The notes under the pieces: generated by a model
The model's database searches: none
Seen by the model: only the letters and a program-made list of their open reading frames with translations
What the model was told of the DNA's origin: nothing
Shown: positions 37,370-45,797 of the stretch, piece by piece
Layout: every line of letters begins with the position of its first letter
Position numbering within the stretch: the stretch's first letter is position 1
Program-made: the position numbers and the translations under genes
Assembly: GCA_026398615.1 (NCBI GenBank)
Contig: JAPLSN010000042.1
Coordinates: forward strand, 215,597 to 279,596
Direction: 5' to 3'
Source: Spirochaetota bacterium
GTDB taxonomy: Bacteria > Spirochaetota > Spirochaetia > Treponematales > UBA12059
Length of the DNA: 64,000 nt

Positions 37370-38311
37370 ATGAAATTCAACGTCAACCCGGTCATGGTGC
37401 TCGTCGCGATCATCGTGGCTGTCGCGGTCGCGTTGCTGTCGACGAGCTTCTACGTCGTCGATTCGACCGAGCGCGCGGTGGTTACGATGTTCGGCCGATA
37501 CGCATCGATCGCGGATCCCGGGCTTCATTTCAAGATCCCGTTCGGCATCCAGAAGAACTACAACGTTCCGACGGAGGTCGTCCAGGTCGAGCAGTTCGGG
37601 TTCAAGACCTCGAAGGCCGGCGTCGTCTCCGAGTACGACGATACCACGAAGCCGTTCATGATGCTCACGGGGGATCTCAACGTCGTGCAGGTGGAATGGG
37701 TCGTGCAGTACAGGATCGTGGACCCGAAGGCGTGGCAGTTCGAGGTGTACGACCGGCACAAGACGATCCGTGACGTGTCGCAGTCCGTCATCAACCAGCT
37801 TATCGGGGACAGCTCGTTCGTCGACGTGACGACCTCAGCCCGAGGCAGGCTCGAGGTGGCGGCGCTCGAGATGATGAACGCGCAATTCAGGAGTTATTCG
37901 CTCGGGATCACCATAACGGCGGTGAAATTCCAGAACGTCGAGATGCCCGAAGCGGTCAAGGCGGCCTTCAGCGACGTCAGCAACGCCAAGACCGACCTCA
38001 TGCGCCTCATCAACGAGGGCAAGGAGGCATACAACGCCGAGATCCCGAAATCCCGCGGCGAGGCCGACCGTCTCGTCCAGGTCGCCCAGGGCTATTCGAC
38101 CGAACGCGTGAACAAGGCGCGCGGCGATGTCGCCCGTTTCAACTCGGTCTATGAAGAGTACCGGAAAGCACCCACCATCACGAAGAAGCGGCTGTATTAC
38201 GAAATGATCGAAGCCGTGTTCGGGGGCGACGAACGGATCGATCTCATAGACCGGAACCTGAAGAACTTCCTGCCGCTCAAGGATCTCGGAGCTACGGGAG
38301 GCACGAAATGA
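37370..38311 (+). CDS. hflK: FtsH protease modulator HflK (SPFH/band-7)
   Basis: N-terminal TM helix, SPFH domain, and the EAYNAEIPKSRGEADRLVQVAQGY region; GGAGG SD. Confidence 0.85.
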   Translation: MKFNVNPVMVLVAIIVAVAVALLSTSFYVVDSTERAVVTMFGRYASIADPGLHFKIPFGIQKNYNVPTEVVQVEQFGFKTSKAGVVSEYDDTTKPFMMLTGDLNVVQVEWVVQYRIVDPKAWQFEVYDRHKTIRDVSQSVINQLIGDSSFVDVTTSARGRLEVAALEMMNAQFRSYSLGITITAVKFQNVEMPEAVKAAFSDVSNAKTDLMRLINEGKEAYNAEIPKSRGEADRLVQVAQGYSTERVNKARGDVARFNSVYEEYRKAPTITKKRLYYEMIEAVFGGDERIDLIDRNLKNFLPLKDLGATGGTK

Positions 38312-39294
38312 AGGCTAACAGGCTCATCGTCATACTCGTCATCGCTGCCATCGCGGTCGGGATTTTCGTGCTCGCGGGTCCGTTCTACATCCTCGAGGAA
38401 GGCCAGATGGCCGTCGTCGTCCAGCTCGGCAAGATCGTCGCGGTCCAGACCGAAGCCGGCCTGAAATTCCGGAGCCCCTTCCTCGACATACCCAAGTTCT
38501 ATCCGAAGAAGATCATGCCCTGGGACGGCGAGTCCCGGCAGATCCAGACCAGCGAAAACCAGCTCATCTGGGTCGACACCACCGCGCGCTGGAGGATCGT
38601 GGATCCCGCCAAGTTCTACGCGTCCATCAACGAGCTGGATAACGTTTACGGCAAGCTGGACGATATCATCGACAATGCCGTCAGGACGGTCATCTCGAAG
38701 AACCGCCTCTCGGAAGCGGTCCGCTCCACCAACTACATCCAGTCGTCCAAGTCCGGGGAAGTATTCCAGACCGGCGACCCGATCAGCGACGAAGCTCTCA
38801 AGCAGCTGACCCAATCGGACAACCTGTACGAAGCGATCGCCAAGGGACGCAGGAAGCTCTCCGAGGACATGCTCGCAATCGTGAAGCCGAACGCGCCCGA
38901 CTACGGCATCGAGGTGATCGATATCGTGATCCGCGAAATAGCCTATACCGAGGACCAGATCAACAACATCTACGAGCGGATGACCAAGGAACGGAGCCAG
39001 ATCGCGCAGGCCTACCGCAGTTTCGGCGAGGGCAAGAAGGCCGAATGGCTGGGGAAGCTCGAGAATGAAAAACGCTCCATCCTTTCCGAAGCGTACCAGA
39101 AGGCGGAGACGTTCAAGGGCAAGGCCGATGCCGAAGCCTCCCGGATCTACGCGGAATCCTACAACAAGGATTCCGGTTTCTACGAGTTCTGGAGGGCGAT
39201 CGAGTCATACCGGCTGACCATGCCCCGTTTCAACAAGACCATGACGACAGATCTCGACTATTTCAGATACCTGTACTCCCCGGAGGGACGCTGA
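38308..39294 (+). CDS. hflC: FtsH protease modulator HflC (SPFH/band-7)
   Basis: N-terminal TM helix and SPFH domain, with an ATGA overlap on hflK. Confidence 0.85.
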   Translation: MKANRLIVILVIAAIAVGIFVLAGPFYILEEGQMAVVVQLGKIVAVQTEAGLKFRSPFLDIPKFYPKKIMPWDGESRQIQTSENQLIWVDTTARWRIVDPAKFYASINELDNVYGKLDDIIDNAVRTVISKNRLSEAVRSTNYIQSSKSGEVFQTGDPISDEALKQLTQSDNLYEAIAKGRRKLSEDMLAIVKPNAPDYGIEVIDIVIREIAYTEDQINNIYERMTKERSQIAQAYRSFGEGKKAEWLGKLENEKRSILSEAYQKAETFKGKADAEASRIYAESYNKDSGFYEFWRAIESYRLTMPRFNKTMTTDLDYFRYLYSPEGR

Positions 39295-39301
39295 CGAATG
39301 C

Positions 39302-39326
39302 CGGGGCGGCGGCCGACGCCGTCCCG
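39302..39326 (+). terminator. Weak terminator-like hairpin after hflC
   Basis: CGGGGCGGC-ggccgac-GCCGTCCCG (one G-U pair) followed by a pyrimidine-rich tail with few T residues. Confidence 0.3.
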
Positions 39327-39393
39327 CTTCCCTCCCCTCCATTCCGGCATCCCGGGCCATTAGCGGTTTGATGGTTGAAAGGGAGGGATTTCG

Positions 39394-41070
39394 GTGTATA
39401 CTTGGTACGTGAGCATACGCATCAAGCTAATTCTGGTGGTTCTTCCCATCATCATCATCGCCGTCGTCCTGGCGGGAATGTCCTCCTATTTCATCGCGTC
39501 CGGAGCGGTGAACCGCGTCACCACCGAGCTCCTTTCCTTCAAGTCGCTCGAGCTCGAAAAGTACGCCGAAAGCCAGTGGAACCTGCTGGTGGAAAGCGGC
39601 ATGACCGACCGGCCGGACATGGTGGAAGCGGCGTCCCGAGGCGTTGAAAGTTTCGGCAGGACCATCGTCACGTCAGAAACGGAGGTCGTTTTCGCGACAG
39701 ACGCCTCGGGAGCGCTGACGATCAGGACGACAGCCATCGAGATGGGCGAATCCGAACGTGCCCGCATCGCCGAGTCCTACAAGAAAGGCGAACGCGGCAT
39801 CATCGAGATCCCGATCGGAGGGACGATGCGCGTCGCCGCCACCTTCCCCTTCGGGCCTTTCGGATGGCAGGTGTTCGTCGCCGAGCAGAAATCGGTATTC
39901 TTCAGCGACATCGAACAGATCACGCGGCAGACCACGTACATCCTCGGCGCTTCCGCGGTGGCTGCGGTAATCATGCTCCTCTTCCTCGTCAACCTCCTCA
40001 CCCGCCCCCTTATGAACGTCGTCGGGGCGATGAAAAAAATCATCGAATCCAACGACCTGTCCGAAAAGGTCGATGTCGAATACAAGGACGAGATAGGGAA
40101 GCTTTCGCATACCTTCAACCTCATGCTCGGCGAGCTCGACAAGGCATACAAGCAGATCAAGCGCTACGCCTTCGACGCGGTCCTAGCCCAGAAGAAGGAG
40201 ACCCGGATACGGAACATCTTCCAGAAGTACGTTCCGCGGGAACTCATCGAACAGTTTTTCAAGAATCCCGAGGGAATGCTCGTCGGGGAGAACCGCGACC
40301 TTGCCGTCCTGTTCTCGGACATCCGCGGGTTCACCACGATTTCCGAATCCATGCGGCCGGACGACCTCGTCAACTCGCTCAACCGCTACTTCACGTCGAT
40401 GGTGGACATCATCATGGCCAAGAACGGCATCATCGACAAATATATCGGGGACGCGATCATGGCCTTCTTCGGCGCACCCGTCCGCCACGACGATGACGCC
40501 CTCAATTCGTTGCTGGCCGGGCTCGACATGATCACCGCCCTTGACGATTTCAATGCAACCCAGGAAAAGCTCGGCAAGCCCCTTTTCCACATCGGGGTGG
40601 GGATCAACTTCGGGACGGTGACGGTCGGCAACATCGGATGCGAAAAGAAGATGGACTACACCGTGATCGGCGATACCGTGAACCTTGCGTCCCGCCTCGA
40701 GGGCCAGACCAAGGAATACCACCAGAAACTCATCCTCGCCGAGAACCTCCACGAACTGGTCAAGAACGAGATTCCCTGCCGCCTCATCGACTCGATCGCC
40801 GTGAAGGGCAAGACGAAGGGAGTTCGCATTTACACGTCGAAACGTTCGCTCGGCGACCGCGAATCGGAGGCATGGACCCTCCACAACACCGCCATGGACG
40901 GGTATTTCAAGCGCGATTTCACGTCCGGGCTCGCGAAATTCGAACGGGTTTCGTCACTGCTCGGGCCGGACGATTATGCATCCGCCATGATGGTCGAACG
41001 CTGTCGCGCCTTTGTCGCGAATCCTCCGCCAGCCGACTGGGACGGCGTCGAGGTCAAGCACGAAAAATGA
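39394..41070 (+). CDS. Membrane sensor (extracytoplasmic domain + HAMP) fused to a class III adenylate cyclase
   Basis: HAMP region (LTRPLMNVVGAMKKI...EIGKLSHTFNLMLGEL) and cyclase motifs (AVLFSDIRGFTTISE, KYIGDAIMAFFGAP, GDTVNLASRLE). GTG start follows GGGAGGG. Confidence 0.85.
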   Translation: MYTWYVSIRIKLILVVLPIIIIAVVLAGMSSYFIASGAVNRVTTELLSFKSLELEKYAESQWNLLVESGMTDRPDMVEAASRGVESFGRTIVTSETEVVFATDASGALTIRTTAIEMGESERARIAESYKKGERGIIEIPIGGTMRVAATFPFGPFGWQVFVAEQKSVFFSDIEQITRQTTYILGASAVAAVIMLLFLVNLLTRPLMNVVGAMKKIIESNDLSEKVDVEYKDEIGKLSHTFNLMLGELDKAYKQIKRYAFDAVLAQKKETRIRNIFQKYVPRELIEQFFKNPEGMLVGENRDLAVLFSDIRGFTTISESMRPDDLVNSLNRYFTSMVDIIMAKNGIIDKYIGDAIMAFFGAPVRHDDDALNSLLAGLDMITALDDFNATQEKLGKPLFHIGVGINFGTVTVGNIGCEKKMDYTVIGDTVNLASRLEGQTKEYHQKLILAENLHELVKNEIPCRLIDSIAVKGKTKGVRIYTSKRSLGDRESEAWTLHNTAMDGYFKRDFTSGLAKFERVSSLLGPDDYASAMMVERCRAFVANPPPADWDGVEVKHEK

Positions 41071-42209
41071 AAATTGCGACCGCGTTCGGGCTGGTTGCTG
41101 CCACGATGTCCGCCTGGCTCCCACTCCCTGTTTCGGCGCAGGATCGGGATGTCATGACGATCATTATCCTCGCCCCGCGTGTCAGTTCCGAGGATCAGGG
41201 CGGGGAAGCTGACGCGACCCTCTTCGCGCAAAGCTACGCGCGAGCGATCGCCGCGGAACTCGCGGCGGGGGGATTTGCCGTCGTTCCGACTCCCCAAACC
41301 GGCGTCGATCCCGCGGGCCAACCCGGGGCGGATTTGCCGGCCGCCGCTGCGGACGATCCTTCGGGCATCCGGGCGCTGGCCGCGGCGGCGCTCGGGGCCA
41401 ACGTACGTTTCACGGCATCGGTGGACGTCCATGTCCGAAACAAGCGTGCGACCTACTCGGCGATCGTCGTCGATTCGCTCTATGAAACCGTCGTGGCGGG
41501 CGACGCCGGAACGACCTATGCCGGGTTGACGGCCCTGAACGTCCTCAAGGATTCGGCGTTCGTCCTGCGGAACCGTGTGGAGCGCAGTCTCGTGGATCAA
41601 TCCCGGACCGGAAACGGCGTACCCATCCCATATTCCCTCGTCTTCCTCCGCGCACTGGACGGCGCGGAGATCTTTTTCGGCGGGGATGAGCGACCCGTGG
41701 CTGTCGCCAGCGGCGGGAAGATACTGCTTCCCTATCTGCCGGTACCCGAGGGATCCGGCCTTGCATTCACGATCAAAAAGGATGGCTACAACGACATCGT
41801 CGGTACCACGCGGCTGTTGCGCAAGGTTCGGGAGGTCAAGCTGCCTCCGATGCGACCCGTGGTTACCCGGGCGCTGACCCTGTCCTGGGGTCTCGAACGT
41901 TCCCTCGGAGGAGGGATCGGGTACCGGCATTACCTGCTGCCGGATCGTTTCTTTCTCTTCGCCGAGGACGATTTCTACTTTCAATACGATTTCAGGCCCG
42001 ATTCATGGACTGTTCCGCACAACGACCTGTACGCGGGCGTCGGCTTCTATCCCTTTTCATTCCCTTCGTCCCGTTTCCGCATCTCGTTCGCGAACGGCAT
42101 GGGAATTCTGGGCACGGTCTTGCCGCAGCCCGACATGATCGACCGTTTTTTCCTTGACGCCGTCATTATTCCGTTCTCGACCCAGTTCGAGGCCTATGTC
42201 TTAGGGTAA
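41067..42209 (+). CDS. Secreted PEGA-like / beta-rich protein (paralog of 43345..44607)
   Basis: Start MKIATAFGLVAATMSAWLPLPVSAQ forms an ATGA overlap with the cyclase stop. It has a PEGA-like stretch (LAFTIKKDGYNDIV) and an aromatic-rich C-terminal domain carrying YRHYLLPDRFF. Confidence 0.55.
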   Translation: MKIATAFGLVAATMSAWLPLPVSAQDRDVMTIIILAPRVSSEDQGGEADATLFAQSYARAIAAELAAGGFAVVPTPQTGVDPAGQPGADLPAAAADDPSGIRALAAAALGANVRFTASVDVHVRNKRATYSAIVVDSLYETVVAGDAGTTYAGLTALNVLKDSAFVLRNRVERSLVDQSRTGNGVPIPYSLVFLRALDGAEIFFGGDERPVAVASGGKILLPYLPVPEGSGLAFTIKKDGYNDIVGTTRLLRKVREVKLPPMRPVVTRALTLSWGLERSLGGGIGYRHYLLPDRFFLFAEDDFYFQYDFRPDSWTVPHNDLYAGVGFYPFSFPSSRFRISFANGMGILGTVLPQPDMIDRFFLDAVIIPFSTQFEAYVLG

Positions 42210-42328
42210 TCATGGTATTTCGAGGTCAGGACCCCATTTTCGTTCGGTCTCGACAGCGGCTTGACGAATCGCGGCTGGCTCTTCATCGAGAATGTGCCCA
42301 TGATGTCATGGGGAGTAGTGGTACCACT

Positions 42329-43348
42329 ATGAAAACCATGGGAGCGATGGCCGGTGCGGGTATATGCCTGCTGTTCTCGCTGTCGTCCTGCAGCCTGCTC
42401 ACCGGGACTCTGTTTCCGCCCGAGCTGACCCGCGCGACCGCCATGGCGAAGCTCTGGGACATCCTGCCGGAACTCGAAGGCGAGACTGATTACAGCACGA
42501 TGATGGCGAGCCTCCACGGGAAGCGGAATGTCCTTGCCTTGTATTTCAACACCACCTTCATGCCCGCGACGATCGTGCTCCTGGACGACAGGGATTTGAG
42601 CCTTGTCAAAGTGCTGCACAGTTCCAACCTGACGGCCGATCTGACTCCCATCAGGGGTTTCATGGAGGTCATGAACTTGAGCGTCGCCTTCAATGGCAAC
42701 TTCATTCTCGGGACCCATGAATTCGACCCCGTCACAGGTCATTTCATCCAAGAATATGATTTCCTCGACAATAATTCCTGCGGACTGGTCGGGAGCGCCA
42801 CAAGCAAGCAATTCGGCTTCGTCGACATGAATTCACTCAGATGGTACGAATGGGATGGTCTGCCGGGATACAATGCCCTAGCGAATACCTTTTCTGTTTC
42901 GAATGGAGCTGCCATGTTCATGAGCACGCTCCTTTCGAGCGCCTACCAGTCCTCGGACGCGGCGACCGGGTTGCGTTTCCTCGTCGGTATCGATTATTCA
43001 GAGCTGAAGGATCCTGCGCATCCGGAGTTGGGTTCTTTCCATTTCCCGCTCGGGTACATTGCCACGCCCTGGTCTTCAAACAACGGTACCATCGTTCCCG
43101 TCCGCATAGTGAATGTTCCGGGATTTTCCTACGACTACCCGAACATGTGGATTACGCTGGACGGAATCGTGATCCGCTACGACGAGGATGGCGAACTCGT
43201 CCGATTCTCCGTCGGGGGTGGGCGGAATGATTCCATCCATTACGATTCCGAATCCAAAGACCTTCAGTTCGAGCGGACCGGCAGGTATTTCTACGAGTTC
43301 TCGAGGGGAACGGGTATGCTGGCCAAGTCGGCCACGTGGTGGGAATGA
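42329..43348 (+). CDS. Hypothetical lipoprotein
   Basis: MKTMGAMAGAGICLLFSLSSC lipobox. The codon usage looks visibly more AT-rich than in neighbouring genes. Confidence 0.55.
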   Translation: MKTMGAMAGAGICLLFSLSSCSLLTGTLFPPELTRATAMAKLWDILPELEGETDYSTMMASLHGKRNVLALYFNTTFMPATIVLLDDRDLSLVKVLHSSNLTADLTPIRGFMEVMNLSVAFNGNFILGTHEFDPVTGHFIQEYDFLDNNSCGLVGSATSKQFGFVDMNSLRWYEWDGLPGYNALANTFSVSNGAAMFMSTLLSSAYQSSDAATGLRFLVGIDYSELKDPAHPELGSFHFPLGYIATPWSSNNGTIVPVRIVNVPGFSYDYPNMWITLDGIVIRYDEDGELVRFSVGGGRNDSIHYDSESKDLQFERTGRYFYEFSRGTGMLAKSATWWE

Positions 43349-44607
43349 TGCAGCGTCACCCCCTTGCCCTCGTAATTCTGGGCTCGATGCTCGCAAGCGG
43401 AGTTCGCGCTCAGGACGCCATTCCCGCCGTGGATGCCGCTGGCGCTCCAGCCGCGCAGCTTTTCCACGCGATCGTTGCCCTGGATCTTTCCGGTGCTTCG
43501 CCCGAAGCGCTTCCGGCCTATATCCGGGGGATGCAAACCACCCTGACGGGATCGGAGACGGCCGTATCGCTCGCCTGGTTCGGCGAATCCTATGCCTACG
43601 GCGAGGCCACTGCCGAACGTGCGCTCCGCGACGCGGCCGTACGGTCCGGCTGCCGCTTCACGGTGTCCTGCGCGGCAAGAGACGAGGGTCCGAACGCCAC
43701 CGCGATCTGGACGGTGCGCGATATCCGCATGAAGATCGACTATCCCGAAAAACAATCCGCAATGAAGAACCCGACCACCGGCAGCATCGTGGATTTCTTC
43801 TGGCTTGGCGCGGTCGCCACGCTTGCAGAAGCCACCCGCCTGGCGGTGCCTGACGAGTACATAACCGTGCTGGCGCTTCCGGGCAGTGTCGTCTCCGGCT
43901 TGACGCCGAAAGCCGTCCTTGTCGGAGATTCGGGCGAACTCATCGTGCCGGTCATCGTGCCGAAACCTTACAATCTGGTTGTAGAGGCCAAGGGGTACCT
44001 GCCCGCCAAACTCCGGCTGCTCGTGGACCGACCTGGCATGGAGGTAGTCGTCGACCAGCGTCCGTTGCCGCGTTTCGACTTCGAGTGCGCCCTCTATCAG
44101 GTGCAATTCCCCGACTTCAAGTTCAGGTACTGGATACCCCATACGCGTTTCTTCGCCAGCGCGGGATTCGAACAATTCCTGGCCGGTTTCCTTCTCGTCG
44201 AGGATCGCGGGGAAACCGCAACTCCAGCTCCACCGCTCTGGAGCGGAATCCCGCTCGTACAGCCCGGGATCGGGGGCGGCATGGATTTGACTCCCGCGGG
44301 CTTCCCCTTCGAGTGCCTCGTCGGGGCCGACGTGTTTACCCGCGTCTTTTTCCCCGAATGGAGCGGCGTCGCCCTGGATCCCGCAGCGACGCTCGGCATC
44401 AGGCTCTACGCTTCCGCCGCCCAACGCCTGTCCGGAAACGCGTTGTTCTTTGCGCAATTGGGTTCGATAGTCTACCCGATTTTCGACCGGGATCTCATCC
44501 TTGCGTCGAAAAATTCCGACTCCGGGCCTGAATTTTCGGTACTTGCGGGTCCGGTTTTCATGGAATTCATGTCCTTCCGCTGCGGTCTGCGTTGGGAGCT
44601 GCGATGA
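43345..44607 (+). CDS. Secreted PEGA-like / beta-rich protein (paralog of 41067..42209)
   Basis: MMQRHPLALVILGSMLASGVRAQ signal peptide and an ATGA overlap with the upstream stop. It has YNLVVEAKGYLPAKL and FRYWIPHTRFF motifs. Confidence 0.55.
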   Translation: MMQRHPLALVILGSMLASGVRAQDAIPAVDAAGAPAAQLFHAIVALDLSGASPEALPAYIRGMQTTLTGSETAVSLAWFGESYAYGEATAERALRDAAVRSGCRFTVSCAARDEGPNATAIWTVRDIRMKIDYPEKQSAMKNPTTGSIVDFFWLGAVATLAEATRLAVPDEYITVLALPGSVVSGLTPKAVLVGDSGELIVPVIVPKPYNLVVEAKGYLPAKLRLLVDRPGMEVVVDQRPLPRFDFECALYQVQFPDFKFRYWIPHTRFFASAGFEQFLAGFLLVEDRGETATPAPPLWSGIPLVQPGIGGGMDLTPAGFPFECLVGADVFTRVFFPEWSGVALDPAATLGIRLYASAAQRLSGNALFFAQLGSIVYPIFDRDLILASKNSDSGPEFSVLAGPVFMEFMSFRCGLRWELR

Positions 44608-45749
44608 TGATCAGGATTTCCGCGAATGCGCGCATATGCATGGCATCCATGATCGCCGCCAGCATCCTGGTGTCGGGTTGCTGGCGGCCCGTCTTCGATG
44701 TCGGGGTTTCCACCGGCGCCCTCATAGCCGGACGGCTCGACGCGGCCGGTTCCATCGGGCCGGTCGACATGGGAAGCGAAGATTATGAGCGCGGGGAATT
44801 CCACCCTGCCCTCGGTACCGAACCGACTGAAGGATTTTTCGTTTCCGACGGTTCCGATATCCGCATCACGTACGTGTACCCGGATCCCGTTTCGGGCGAG
44901 TATGCAATGATTGAAACTTCCACTCCCAAGCAAGGCCCCTATGGGATCGAAGCGGCCGCTGGCCCCATCAGGTCGAACAGCGACCCGGGACCCCCTGTCA
45001 TCAATTTCGAAGAGCCTTCTGTCCTCATTTCCGGTGCGGCGAATGGAACAGCCAATCCTTGGGTTGCTCTTTTCTTCGTCGTGAAGACATATACTATGGG
45101 GGTTTTTTCAGGTTCCACGTTTGGTGTCACCCAGTATTATGAATACGATCCAAGAACCAATGCTCAGGGTTTTTCCTCGCACCGTTCCGGTGGGGTATTG
45201 ACGAGGCGTTGGTCCAGACTCTATTTCGATGATGGCATCCCAGCGACACGACATCAATTCTTCGATTTCTTCTTGACTGGCTTGGTGTTCGACCAGCAGC
45301 AGCAGACAGATCTTCCATTTTCTCCCTCCGCATTTCCCCTATTCCAGGATGGTTACTGCGGTGCGACGGTCAGTAGCATCGATCCGTCCGCCGTGGTGAC
45401 CGCCAGTGGCAAGGACGCCACGTACAGGAATACGCTCGATGCAGGGAATACTATGCTCGATACGAACGTCAGCACCGTGCAGCTTGATCATTCGATTACC
45501 GCGGTGCTCACAAACGGCATGATGCTTTCCGAGGACGACGGGTTTCTCTACGTCTACGAACAGGACGGCGGAGAACGTTTCCACACGGCCATCGGAAAGC
45601 TCCGTTTCGCGCACGAAGCGTGGAGTTCGGCGGACAACCGCTGGTACATGATTTTCGTTCTCCCGTTGCCGGAATACCGGAACGGAAACGTGGACGTCGT
45701 GTTCAGGATCTACAGCGTGCCTGCCGTGGACATCGACCGCCTCAAGTAA
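44604..45749 (+). CDS. Hypothetical lipoprotein
   Basis: MMIRISANARICMASMIAASILVSGC lipobox, with an ATGATGA overlap on the upstream stop. Confidence 0.55.
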   Translation: MMIRISANARICMASMIAASILVSGCWRPVFDVGVSTGALIAGRLDAAGSIGPVDMGSEDYERGEFHPALGTEPTEGFFVSDGSDIRITYVYPDPVSGEYAMIETSTPKQGPYGIEAAAGPIRSNSDPGPPVINFEEPSVLISGAANGTANPWVALFFVVKTYTMGVFSGSTFGVTQYYEYDPRTNAQGFSSHRSGGVLTRRWSRLYFDDGIPATRHQFFDFFLTGLVFDQQQQTDLPFSPSAFPLFQDGYCGATVSSIDPSAVVTASGKDATYRNTLDAGNTMLDTNVSTVQLDHSITAVLTNGMMLSEDDGFLYVYEQDGGERFHTAIGKLRFAHEAWSSADNRWYMIFVLPLPEYRNGNVDVVFRIYSVPAVDIDRLK

Positions 45750-45750
45750 G

Positions 45751-45780
45751 AACAGCCCGCGTGGATCGCGCGGGCTGTTT
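45751..45780. terminator. Hairpin between convergent genes (bidirectional terminator candidate)
   Basis: AACAGCCCGCG-tggat-CGCGGGCTGTT followed by TTG on the + strand. Confidence 0.6.
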
Positions 45781-45797
45781 GCATCGGACCGTTTACC

